Positions 38,028-48,600 of a stretch of DNA of 59,806 nt are shown in pieces; the first letter of the stretch is position 1; every line of letters begins with the position of its first letter. Location: positions 1 to 59,806 of IMG/VR virus record IMGVR_UViG_3300046171_000176. The stretch is one strand, 5' to 3'. The position numbers and the translations under genes are program-made. The notes below the pieces were generated by a model that saw nothing but the letters and a program-made list of their open reading frames with translations, searched no databases and was not told the origin of the DNA. The stretch is from a virus. Taxonomy: Duplodnaviria > Caudoviricetes.

Positions 38028-39284
38028 TTAATAATTTTTCAGTTTTAATTTTAGCTTTGAATTACTATCACCACTTATCGTTCTAACTTTAACTCCGCCT
38101 GCTTCAATATAACCGTCTGCAGTTTTTCTAGGATCCATATTAATGTTCTTAGCTTCTGCAGTCATTTGTTTTATTGCGTCGGCTTTGCCTTGCTCATAAA
38201 AATGATTTGCTAGTGCATCAGGGTTAGAAGCAGCAAATAAAGATTTATGAAATCCTTGTGCGTTAGTGAGCATTTTATCTTCATTAACATATTTATTAAA
38301 AACATTTAATAAATCACTTTGGGTTTCTTTTACTTTATTAGCATCACTTACATTGAATCTAAATTTTTTGTCTCCAACTTTGAAATTAAAACCTTTAAAA
38401 TCATTATTAAAAACTTTATTAGTTTCATTTTGAAAATGTGATGTCTGCTTCTGAAGTAACTCTTCAGCTTGTTTTTGCTCATTATTATAACGATTGAAAA
38501 AATCTATTGCTTTTTGCTGCTCAGGAGCTAACTTGGAACCCAACTTGACTTCTTTGTAATATTGATCCTTGAGCCCTGTCAAAAAGTCTTTAGCATTTGC
38601 AACCGCTTCTTTATGAGCTAATTTTTTTCTTTTTATTGTTCTTTCCTCATCTATTTCTTCGTCAAATGAAAATTCATCTTCCATAAGAAATTGTATTTCA
38701 TCATAACTTAAATGAGGTTTTGTTTGCTTATAATATTCTGTTAACAATGTGTTATCATCAACATTTGAATAGTCTGCGTTTAATCGAGTATAGTCCTCTA
38801 AACTACCGCCCGTTTCTTCCATAAACTTAATTAAGTCCTGGATATTTTCTGGTAGATTTAATTCTTCTTTAACTTCTTTTTCTTCAATTTGTTCAACCGG
38901 CTCTTCTTTTTGTTCTGCAACCACTGCAGCCTCGTCATTACTGGTTTCTTGCTCATCCGTTATTTCTTCTAATATCGGCGTTTCTTTATCCCGCACATTC
39001 TCATTGCTGATTTCTTCTCCGGTAGATTCTTCAGTTTTTTCTTCGACGTCTTGTTTTTGAACTTTTCCGCTAGTTTCGGATTCGTTGCGTACAAGAACCT
39101 CATCTGTGCTTTGCTCTGAAACGGCATCTTTTTCTTGTTTTTGTTCGTTAATTTTGTTTAAATCTAATTTGTACATTCCATCTTCTTTAGTGGATATACC
39201 GGCATTTTCTAATACCGTTTCTTCTTTTTCGGCCATAGACTTTGGTTGTTCGTCTACAGCTGAAACTTTAATGTCTTCTGCCAT
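38028..39284 (-). CDS. capsid scaffolding protein
   Basis: Very acidic N-terminal half, HFYEQGKADA; between portal and MCP. Confidence 0.75.
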   Translation of the reverse strand: MAEDIKVSAVDEQPKSMAEKEETVLENAGISTKEDGMYKLDLNKINEQKQEKDAVSEQSTDEVLVRNESETSGKVQKQDVEEKTEESTGEEISNENVRDKETPILEEITDEQETSNDEAAVVAEQKEEPVEQIEEKEVKEELNLPENIQDLIKFMEETGGSLEDYTRLNADYSNVDDNTLLTEYYKQTKPHLSYDEIQFLMEDEFSFDEEIDEERTIKRKKLAHKEAVANAKDFLTGLKDQYYKEVKLGSKLAPEQQKAIDFFNRYNNEQKQAEELLQKQTSHFQNETNKVFNNDFKGFNFKVGDKKFRFNVSDANKVKETQSDLLNVFNKYVNEDKMLTNAQGFHKSLFAASNPDALANHFYEQGKADAIKQMTAEAKNINMDPRKTADGYIEAGGVKVRTISGDSNSKLKLKLKNY

Positions 39285-39313
39285 AATAAAATATTATATA
39301 ATTGTTTAAAAAT

Positions 39314-41731
39314 TTATCTTGGTTCAAATTGTTCTAAACCAAATCCACCTAATGTATCAAACCCTGCAGATTCAAAGTTTTTTGGTGGCTTACCAGATTT
39401 TCTCTGGTCTATTAATTCACTTTGTTGTGAAGCTTGTATTTTTGTTCTTTCGTCTTTACGATCTTCTTTATACTTCTCTTTATTTTTAATTACATCTGCT
39501 TCAGCTGTTTTAAGCTGCATATTCAATTCAAATTCAAATTGCATTAATTCTTTTTTAATTTGAGCTTCTCTTTCTAATTTTGCAATATCAAATTGATTTT
39601 GTGCTTGTGCAATTTGTACTTTACTTTCTGCAATACCTTGTTGTTTTTGTATATCAGCTGCCGCTGCTGCTTGAGATGCTTGTGCGTTAGATTGTGATTG
39701 AGCTTGAATATTTTCCATTTGCATTTGTCTATCGTTACTAAACTTTTGCTTTCTTCTTAATTTCAATAATTGATTAGCTAATTTAAGATTTTTAATTTCT
39801 CTTATATCAATAGCGTCTTCTAAATTTATTTGTTGTTGTTGAAGAGCCATTTGAATATTATTTTCAAGTAATTGTTTTTCTTCTTCGTCTGGTGCTAATT
39901 CTAAAAATATACCAAAATCATGTAAATGAAGATCATATAATTCTTCAAGCGTACCTATATTAAATTTACCTAAAGACTGTATAAATGATTTTTTAGTATT
40001 ACTATATTCTAAAACATCAGATATTCTTAAAGAAACTGCTTCAGCTGTTTTTAATGTTAAATATAAACTAGCTTGTAATATATGCCTTGTAGCTGTGTTA
40101 CTATTAGCCGCTGCTAATTTTTGTAAACCAACTAGTGCATTTTTATCCGGTGTACTCCCATCTCTTGCTTCATTCAATCCTGTTACATCTCTCATCATTT
40201 GTAAATAATAATTGTAACTATTAATTAAACTTGCAATTTTCGCATTACCTCCACCTGCTCTTAATTCTTGAATAGGTACTCTTCCATTATTAAATTCACC
40301 GTCTTGTGTCATTGATCTACCAATAACAGAACCTGTTTGGAAATACATATTCAACGCTTCTTGTGGATTATAATTTGTTCCATTACCTAAATCCACTTCA
40401 GCAATACCATCCGCATCTAAGAATACTCCGTCGGGAACCATTCTTGAGAGTACTTGTTGTAATTTAAGATGCGTTATTTGAATCATGTCTGCGAACGACG
40501 TCATTCTTCCGACTAATGATTCAGGCTTACCTTTATATATTCTTGGTGCTACAATATTATAACTCATTGCAACTTTAGTTATATCAGATTTTGGACGTGT
40601 CATATTAATACATTTTTTCCATTCTAATATATTTTCATGTCCAATAATTTTAGCACCTTGATACAATACTTCAATTGATCTATTTACTTTTTCAAATCTT
40701 GATCTTGCGTCTTTTGGCGGGTTAAATTGATCTGTTTTTTCAATTGCTTTTTCCGCTCCTGATGCTGTTTGCTTTATTTTATAAACTTGATTTTCAAAAG
40801 TTTTATATTCAAAATATAATACATATACATAATTTTTATCTTCAGCGTCTGAAGTTGTATATGATTTATTATATAATTTTAAATTACCGCCTTTACCTTC
40901 TATTTCTTTTATATCTTCTTCTGTAAGTTCAGGATAACGTTTTTTAAGTTCAATTAAACTTACTCTTCTCACTTCACCTACATAATATATATCATCAAAA
41001 TATGGTGATTCAGTATATGAATAAACTAAATCCGAAGGATCTACATATTCTAATTTAATACCTTCAGCAGTATTAAAACTATTTTTAATAGCTGCAATAC
41101 CTAAAACAGTTATATCATAATCTAATCTTTTCTTTAATAAATGATATTTATTTAAATCAAATACGTTAGTTAAAGCTTGTTCTTGTGCAATTTCAGTTGA
41201 TTGTTTGTAACTTAATTGCATGTGCAATGACAATTCTTGATCGTTTTCTGGTAAATTTTTAGGATCAGTTTTAAAAGTATTTACACCAACTGCTTGTTGT
41301 ATTCTAGCTTTAAAATCTCTAGCATACATATCGCTCATCATATTTTCTACATATTTAGTTCTTTTTTGTGTAGAAATATCATCAACTGAATATGCTTTTA
41401 TATCATATGTTCTTTCGCCAATACCATTCACAACTATATCTACAAACTTAGGTATAATGGGTACTGGCTTCCAATCTAAATTTAAATATGATAAATCACC
41501 ATTAATAGACAACTCATCCTTATACTTTTGTATACTTTGTTCACCTCTTGCATATAGTCTTAATCTGTGAAAATTATCTCTATTTGCAAAGTAACGCGTA
41601 CTTCCAGAGTCTTTCTTGAACCATTCAGATTCAATAGCTTTTGCAACCTGCATTCCATATTCGTAAGATGACTTCTCTACGTCTGGTACAGCTTGACTCG
41701 GAAAAATACCTTTTGTTATTACTTTCGCCAT
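39314..41731 (-). CDS. portal protein
   Basis: LRLYARGEQ, LNLDWKPVPIIPKFVDIVVNG, TGLNEARDGS; after terminase; Gln-rich C-terminus. Confidence 0.88.
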   Translation of the reverse strand: MAKVITKGIFPSQAVPDVEKSSYEYGMQVAKAIESEWFKKDSGSTRYFANRDNFHRLRLYARGEQSIQKYKDELSINGDLSYLNLDWKPVPIIPKFVDIVVNGIGERTYDIKAYSVDDISTQKRTKYVENMMSDMYARDFKARIQQAVGVNTFKTDPKNLPENDQELSLHMQLSYKQSTEIAQEQALTNVFDLNKYHLLKKRLDYDITVLGIAAIKNSFNTAEGIKLEYVDPSDLVYSYTESPYFDDIYYVGEVRRVSLIELKKRYPELTEEDIKEIEGKGGNLKLYNKSYTTSDAEDKNYVYVLYFEYKTFENQVYKIKQTASGAEKAIEKTDQFNPPKDARSRFEKVNRSIEVLYQGAKIIGHENILEWKKCINMTRPKSDITKVAMSYNIVAPRIYKGKPESLVGRMTSFADMIQITHLKLQQVLSRMVPDGVFLDADGIAEVDLGNGTNYNPQEALNMYFQTGSVIGRSMTQDGEFNNGRVPIQELRAGGGNAKIASLINSYNYYLQMMRDVTGLNEARDGSTPDKNALVGLQKLAAANSNTATRHILQASLYLTLKTAEAVSLRISDVLEYSNTKKSFIQSLGKFNIGTLEELYDLHLHDFGIFLELAPDEEEKQLLENNIQMALQQQQINLEDAIDIREIKNLKLANQLLKLRRKQKFSNDRQMQMENIQAQSQSNAQASQAAAAADIQKQQGIAESKVQIAQAQNQFDIAKLEREAQIKKELMQFEFELNMQLKTAEADVIKNKEKYKEDRKDERTKIQASQQSELIDQRKSGKPPKNFESAGFDTLGGFGLEQFEPR

Positions 41732-43945
41732 TTATTGTATTATTTTTGAAAAATTGCCTTTATTATTGTATTTAGCAAAACTAAAGTTTACTTTATTTTT
41801 TAATTGTATATTAGGTTTGGGTGTATATAAATTTTTATTACATGCCATAATAGCTAACCCAGAACTTATTGCCGCATCAAATTTTGTTCTTTTGTTTATA
41901 TCAAACTTAGCCCAATCATTTAATGTTTCATTAAAATATAAATCACCGTGGTCGCCATCAGGTTTTATACCTACGTAAGAATTTATATAACTTTCAATTG
42001 CAGCCGCATGCGCTTGTCTTATATCTTCACTAGAGTTTGGTATACCACCTATTTCTTTTTCAGCAGCTGATAATTTATTCCAAACTTTATCAGGTCTATT
42101 CATTGAATAACCTCTATATCCTCTTCTTTTTAAATAGTATAATAATCTTGGTTTATTATTTTCTGCAAGTATTGGCATACCATAAAAATGTAATGCCATA
42201 AGTATATCCTCAAAAAACATTTCTGCTGTTTGCGGTCTAGCTATATACTCCAGAAAAAACCTATTTGCTGGCACCTCTTCCATACTGAACTTAGTAAGAC
42301 CATGTAATGACCCTTTAGAACCTTTGCCATCTGTAGTTCCGGATATATCATAACTATCGCAACCAAATGCACCAATATGTTCGTTTCCTGGATACTTGCT
42401 ACCATTTTTTATTATTACTCTATTTTGTAAATTTTTAGTTGGAACCCAGCTTATATTAAATCTACCATTTAAATTTGGTACAAATTCTACTTTTGAATCT
42501 TTGATCCCGTTTTCCCACTGAAAACTGCCACGAGTAACAAGAGCAGAGTATCTAGCTTCTTCATTAAAATCAATCTGTTCGTAAATCTTAGCAAGATTAA
42601 ATATGCTATTTTTAGTTTCATCTCTGAAAGCATGTTCTTCAGTCCTTGGAAATTGTCTATAAAATTCATTTAAACCGTCTTGATCTCCTTTTAATCCTTC
42701 AACTTCATTTTCCCAGTGTTCAATAACCCCGATGTCAATGTATTGGCCATAGTTATCTTCGACTGGTTTTTCTGGCGTATTGAATACAGGTAGTCCAAAA
42801 GAATCAATGAATCCCTCGAAGTTCCATTCCATAGGTATGAACAAACTATATAATCCTGAGCGAGTCTGTCCATTGCGGTTTCTTTTTGTAACATCTGAAT
42901 CATTATATAGTTTTTTAAAGTTTTCACCACCTTTGTCTAATGAGTTACTTGTTGAACCCATCATACATTTACCAATAACTCTACTTCCTAATCTTAACGT
43001 GGTTTTCGTGACACGCCAGTTGTTGAGTATGTTCTCGGGTCTCTCCCATTTACCTGCTTCATCGTGGATAAGTAAGGAAAGTTTTTCACCGTCGTATGAG
43101 TTGTTCCCTGTATTTTTCCAGTCGATTGTAGTATCCAACCCTGAGAGCTCCTCGGTCCTTTGGTTTGTGAGTATGCTCTTTTTTGTAAATTTACTTGCGG
43201 GTACACGATAAGCCAATTCAGTCTTAGGTCTATCCATTCCATCCTGTATGGGTTTAAAAAAGAATGGGTAATTAACGGATATTGGAACGACCTTATCTGT
43301 AAACATTTTTTTTGCGTCAGCACCAGATTTGGATAATATCCCAAACCTAGAGTCTGAAGAGATGGTAGCTTGGTTAACAGTCTCTGCTGATGCCATGAAT
43401 GAAAAGCCACTCCGTCTATTTTTGAGGTAGCACATTCCGTAGCATCTTGTATCTGCTTTGCAAGCTTCCCAGAATATAAAGAATAATCTATTTGCTTCTC
43501 TGAAGTCTGGAGCACCCACGTCGATTTTAGTCCACTGCAAGTACATATAATGAGACCCAGTAATATAAGTAGGAATATCTTTGTTATAGAACCAATAACC
43601 TTCATCACGTTTGGTAAATTCTGTATCAATATATGCATTCCACTTATTTTTAAATTCACTTGGTAAATCTTTCCAATCAAATATCGTTTTTAACTTTGAA
43701 AGTTCTTTTGGATATTCTATTTTACTCCATTTATTATTTTCTTTATTTAAGCTTTTCGGTGTAGGGGGTAATGCTATTTTTAAATTTTGTATATCATATA
43801 TCTCACCAATTTGCCCAGTATGACTAATAACAACCACGTCATGGTCTTTATCGTATCCATATTTCCACTTTTTTGCTTTATTAAGCCTTTTAATCGTATT
43901 AATTTTTATAGGCTCTATAATGCGATATAATGATTGCTCGTACAT
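41732..43945 (-). CDS. terL: terminase large subunit
   Basis: LKNRRSGFS (Walker A variant), LLIHDEAGKW (Walker B), FGCDSYD nuclease, FDAAISSG. Confidence 0.9.
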   Translation of the reverse strand: MYEQSLYRIIEPIKINTIKRLNKAKKWKYGYDKDHDVVVISHTGQIGEIYDIQNLKIALPPTPKSLNKENNKWSKIEYPKELSKLKTIFDWKDLPSEFKNKWNAYIDTEFTKRDEGYWFYNKDIPTYITGSHYMYLQWTKIDVGAPDFREANRLFFIFWEACKADTRCYGMCYLKNRRSGFSFMASAETVNQATISSDSRFGILSKSGADAKKMFTDKVVPISVNYPFFFKPIQDGMDRPKTELAYRVPASKFTKKSILTNQRTEELSGLDTTIDWKNTGNNSYDGEKLSLLIHDEAGKWERPENILNNWRVTKTTLRLGSRVIGKCMMGSTSNSLDKGGENFKKLYNDSDVTKRNRNGQTRSGLYSLFIPMEWNFEGFIDSFGLPVFNTPEKPVEDNYGQYIDIGVIEHWENEVEGLKGDQDGLNEFYRQFPRTEEHAFRDETKNSIFNLAKIYEQIDFNEEARYSALVTRGSFQWENGIKDSKVEFVPNLNGRFNISWVPTKNLQNRVIIKNGSKYPGNEHIGAFGCDSYDISGTTDGKGSKGSLHGLTKFSMEEVPANRFFLEYIARPQTAEMFFEDILMALHFYGMPILAENNKPRLLYYLKRRGYRGYSMNRPDKVWNKLSAAEKEIGGIPNSSEDIRQAHAAAIESYINSYVGIKPDGDHGDLYFNETLNDWAKFDINKRTKFDAAISSGLAIMACNKNLYTPKPNIQLKNKVNFSFAKYNNKGNFSKIIQ

Positions 43946-44217
43946 TACTTAGATCTTCTTTCAGCAAAGCCTTTAAACGACCTTGGTTTTTCTTCTATGT
44001 TTTTACCCTCAAGTAATGCGTTTTCAACTTCTATTCTATTTAAAATCTCGAATGCATCGAATATTGCAAGCTTTTTAGTGGCTGCAGCGTTCTTGAGTCT
44101 ATCGGCTGAAACATCATCATCAGTTTCAACAATCGGTTCTTTTGCAACTTTAACAAGTTCTTTGACTGCCTCATAACCAGCTCGGATTATATTCTGTTTC
44201 TGTTCCTTGACGTTCAT
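43945..44217 (-). CDS. putative terminase small subunit
   Basis: ADRLKNAAATKKLAIFDAFEIL; directly upstream of terL; start moved to ATG 44217. Confidence 0.6.
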   Translation of the reverse strand: MNVKEQKQNIIRAGYEAVKELVKVAKEPIVETDDDVSADRLKNAAATKKLAIFDAFEILNRIEVENALLEGKNIEEKPRSFKGFAERRSK

Positions 44218-44761
44218 ACTTAATAGATATTGAATTTGTTGGCACTCTGTACATTCTTTCACCATCAACAATAAATTCATATTCACTGCTTGGTGTAAAA
44301 CCAATTAAATCTTCTTTATTAATATCTTTAAGTTCTTTATCAACATATTTTATAATTCCACGTAGTGGAACTTCATTTTCATTTAATAATATATTATTAG
44401 ATACAATTGGTTTAATAAAACAAAAACCTTTTGGCGCTTGCCAATTCATGTTTCGTTTGTATAAAAATATTTGATCTGATGTTACAAAGTATTCGTCTTC
44501 TTTATAATAGCTTCTGCTATTTTTTTCTTCTCCTCTAATATCATACCATCTTCTAAAAACATTGTGATGTACAATAACTTCATCACCAACTTGTATTTCA
44601 GTTTTTTCTGATTTAGGTATTGCTGTCACTATTCCAATACGACTAACATATCGGTAATCAGAAATTTCTGTATTTAACAAAAGTTCCTTGCCATCAATAT
44701 ATTTTTTATTATCGTATCTTTCGTTTTTAGGTTTAACTATGAAGTTAAATAAACTTTGCAT
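44171..44761 (-). CDS. GroES-like-fold phage protein
   Basis: GIVTAIP...IQVGDEVIVHHN, and a second similar repeat. Confidence 0.55.
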   Translation of the reverse strand: MQSLFNFIVKPKNERYDNKKYIDGKELLLNTEISDYRYVSRIGIVTAIPKSEKTEIQVGDEVIVHHNVFRRWYDIRGEEKNSRSYYKEDEYFVTSDQIFLYKRNMNWQAPKGFCFIKPIVSNNILLNENEVPLRGIIKYVDKELKDINKEDLIGFTPSSEYEFIVDGERMYRVPTNSISIKYERQGTETEYNPSWL

Positions 44762-44980
44762 TAATATTCTAAGTTATATTCAACGGCTATAGCCATATTC
44801 TTATTAAAATCTTTCCACGGTAATACTTCGTTATTTTTTTTAATATAAATAGAAAACTTTATCTGATTCTTCTATAATATCGCATATTGTATGGCCGCCA
44901 TAAACTTCTTGGCCAACAGCATAATGCATAGCGTCATTTTTATAGTCTCTACCTATACTAATTTTTCTTACCAGTGACAT
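44761..44980 (-). CDS. conserved small phage protein, broken by a +1 homopolymer insertion
   Basis: MSLVRKISIGRDYKNDAMHYAVGQEVYGGH...; removing one base at 44858-60 restores a 72-aa ORF ending VEYNLEY*. Confidence 0.65.
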
Positions 44981-44984
44981 AATT

Positions 44985-45248
44985 TTATTTTACTACTTCG
45001 GGTTCTACAACTTCTTCTTCTTCGATTGGTTTATAGGTTCCGTCTTGGATATTAATAGAAACTTTTCCATATTTTTCTTCAAGTTTAGTTTGGAATTTGT
45101 TTAAATCAGATTGAACCTCAGCAGCAACATGATTAATCTGATGCTTTTGTAATTCAAGGTTTCCAATTTGTGTTGCAGCGTTATTTAGTTTTCCTACATA
45201 ACCCTGCAATTCTTCTAATTGTTCTTGGGTAATTTTGTTTTCACTCAT
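44985..45248 (-). CDS. coiled-coil hypothetical protein
   Basis: ORF track; LEEKYGKVSINIQDG. Confidence 0.7.
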   Translation of the reverse strand: MSENKITQEQLEELQGYVGKLNNAATQIGNLELQKHQINHVAAEVQSDLNKFQTKLEEKYGKVSINIQDGTYKPIEEEEVVEPEVVK

Positions 45249-45291
45249 GGTTTTTAAAATTAAATTATTAAATTATATTTACTTATTTATT

Positions 45292-45319
45292 ATTATTACT
45301 TATTTTACTGGTTTTCTAA
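45292..45319 (-). promoter_or_regulatory. late promoter-like motif (packaging/head operon)
   Basis: TTAG-N16-GTAATAAT. Confidence 0.55.
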
Positions 45320-45320
45320 C

Positions 45321-45680
45321 TTATTCTGTTTCTTCAACCACTGGTTGTTCAATAACCGGTGCAAAAGGGGTATGATAAGTTGTTTCTGTTGGAGTGATTA
45401 ATTTTTCAATTTGAGAATCTAATCCTGCTTTCATTGATTCAACATCCAATCCGCCTTCTAACCAGCCAATTACCATTTCTTCTGTAAGATCTTCGTAAGC
45501 GGTGAAGCTATCCGCATCGTATTCTACTCCGTGAGTTCCAATAGAACTTGCTGAGTGTTCTCCAGTTTCATCAGTAGCGCTATAGCCCCAATGCACTGTG
45601 TAGACAACGTTTTCGTTGCCATCTTCTACTGCGACCTTTGCATCTAATGCATTAATGGTCCATTTGTAAGTGTTTGCCAT
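45321..45680 (-). CDS. tail-fibre-associated protein
   Basis: YKWTI..LD...VVYTVHW...FTAYEDLTEEMVIGW; directly after the fibre gene. Confidence 0.65.
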   Translation of the reverse strand: MANTYKWTINALDAKVAVEDGNENVVYTVHWGYSATDETGEHSASSIGTHGVEYDADSFTAYEDLTEEMVIGWLEGGLDVESMKAGLDSQIEKLITPTETTYHTPFAPVIEQPVVEETE

Positions 45681-45681
45681 T

Positions 45682-48600
45682 TTAATTATTTATTTGTGAT
45701 TTTAAATTTTCTATTTCTGCTTTTAATTCTTGTATCGCACCAACTAATAATGGCACTATTTGTGAGTTATCTACTCCTTGATATTTTGCTGTACCATCAT
45801 CATTTACTTCATCTTTCTCTCCTGTAACTGCTTGAGGCACTATTTCTTGTAATTCGTGTGCAAAGAATCCATCAACTTCTGTATCTGGTTGTGATATAAA
45901 ATTAAATCTTTTTGGTTTAAGATTATTAACTCTATCTAATGCACCAGTCATTTCTACTGCATTTTCTTTTAATCTGTAGTCGGAATATGATTGATATAAT
46001 ACATTTGAACCATTTGTAACTATAGCACCAACTAAACTACTGCTTAAATAGAAATCAATAAACGAAGGACTTGTATTTTGTAATTGACAAGCTATTGCAC
46101 CATAACTTCCATTTGTTCCTGTATAATCTGCTGCTATTGAATATTGTGAACCACTTTCAGTAACGTATAATTTATGTGAAGGCGATGTAGTTCCAATTCC
46201 TACGTTACCAGCTGTAACATAAAGATTATCATCAACAGTAGTTGCGCCGTTTACATAAAGGGTTTCATTTATATAACCAGTTCCATTTACTTGAAGTTTA
46301 TATGTAGGTGCAGTTGTGCCGATGCCTACGTTCCCAGATCTTTTCATTGTTACTTTGGCATCTGATAAACTTACTTCATCAGTAATAGTAGTTGAATTAT
46401 TAAAACAAAAATGTAAATCAGCCATATTATAACCATAGCCTCCACCAGAACCTACAATAGCTGTTTTATTAGCATAAGCACTAGAATTATTTTCTGGTCT
46501 AAAAGCTACACCAACTCCATAGTCTGCTTGATATCTTGCACCTGAAATAGCAACTGGAAAAAACGTTCCAGCTGTAGTTGTTGTTTCTACAATATTTAAT
46601 TTTTCTAAAGGCGAAGTCGTACCAATTCCTACGTTTCCTCCTGCTGCAACAGTTATGAGTGTACCTGCGTTTTTTTGAATTTTAAAAGTATCGGTAGGAT
46701 TATCGTGTATTAATCTAAAATAATTATTAGTAGCAACCCCAATATCAATATAAGGATAACCTCCACTAAACAACCTTAAATTACCTTGAACGTGTAATTT
46801 TTCCGCAGGCGAAGCCGTTCCGATTCCTACATTTCCTCCATTGAAATATGAATTACCATTTGTGTTTATCAATACTCTTGCACCAGCTCCAATTTGATAC
46901 ATTGCTAGAAAAGGATAACCACCATCATTTTCTATATATGTTGCTAAACCACCTGAAGTTCGTGTCATAAACAAAGCGCTAGTACCTTGAACATCTAATG
47001 GAGCTGCAGGTGAAGTTGTCCCGATTCCAACGTTTCCTGAACTATCGATACGCATTTTTTCTGAACCATTAGTTGAAAAAAGCATATAATCCCCATTGTG
47101 TTTGTATGATATAGCTCCTACATAAGAACCAGCATTGGTTGCATCGTTTGAATCTGCAAAGCTTAAATCACTCGAACTTGTTGAACCTGCTGTTATAGCT
47201 AATCTTGTATTTCCACCATTTGTTCCTACTTGTAAAATATTACTGTATGCGCCACTAAAAGGGTTTGGTATTGTTGAAGTTCCAATTCCTACGTTTCCAG
47301 AAGCACCATCAACAACTAATCTTGAATTTGTATTATGTGTTAAATGAAATACAGCACCTCTATTTTCTAATCCAATAGGAGTATCTCTTGAATCGTTTAA
47401 TATTACTCCAACAGAGCCCCCGTTTTCAATTTCTAAAACTTTAGATAATGAGTTTGGATTATCAACATTTGTATTTCCAATTATTACGTTTCCTGCATCA
47501 CTCATTACCATAATATTAGAACTACCAAAGCCGCCCTCGTCAGATGTAATTACAAAATTGCCTGAACTAACATCATATCCAGTATAAAATCTAACAGTTC
47601 CACCATTATCTGTGAAATCAATTCTAGGGTCATTGGAACCCGTAGGCGTTATTCTAATTGCTGAATCACCACCAGAAATATGAAGTTTTGTACTTGGCGA
47701 AGTCGTTCCGACACCTACGTTTCCTGTACTACCATCAATATACATCATTGCTGATGGTGAATTAAATTGAATATCTTTTACTACACTACCAGAAACAGAT
47801 GAACCAATAGTCAAAACCGAATTATCATTTGTTATAAATGCTTGAGCATTTGTAGTTGTTGATGTACCTTTAATTTCAATAGCACCAGCACTTGTAATAC
47901 GCATTCTTTCTGTTCCACTAGTTTGAAAAGATAAACCATAGTTTGATGTATTTGTTCCAAAATAAACATAAGAATTACCAGCATCTACTCCCCAGTAACC
48001 TAGATTTGAACCTGTATAAACTCTCGCCTCACCAACAACGTGTAATTTTGACGAAGGCGAAGTCGTTCCAATTCCTACATTTCCTGCACTAGATATACGC
48101 ATTCTTTCTGTTGCTGAAGTAAACATTACCATTGAATCAGATGAATGTTCATATCTGAATATTCCTCTATATGTTTGGTTTCCTGTTGTTCCGTCAGCAA
48201 AAAATATTTGACTATCTCCTGCACTTGAGCCATAAATGGTCATACCTCTACTTGTACTTCCATCTCCAATAACTAATTGTGAAGCATTAGAGAAAAAAGA
48301 ACTGGGAGAAGTCTGATTGATTCCTACATTTCCAGAACTATCTATACGCATTCTTTCTGTTGGTGCTGATGCAACACCTGAACTAACATTAAATGTCATA
48401 TAAGGATTAAAAGAACCACCATCTCTAACTACAGATATTTCTCCTCCATTACCACTTGTGTTAGCAACTTCAAAAATCATTTTTACACCATCTGTAGTAC
48501 TTCCATTAGCATTTGATAGTTTTAATAAAGGTTCTGTTGTAGATGCAGTATTCTTTTGTATTCTAACTAATCCTGAACTGTCAATACGCATTCTTTCTGT

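Noticed and set aside
42487-43680. Alternative-frame and antisense ORFs inside terL (also inside nrdA, groEL, primase and the giant gene)
   Set aside because: Shadow ORFs fully overlapping well-supported genes, with no recognisable motifs
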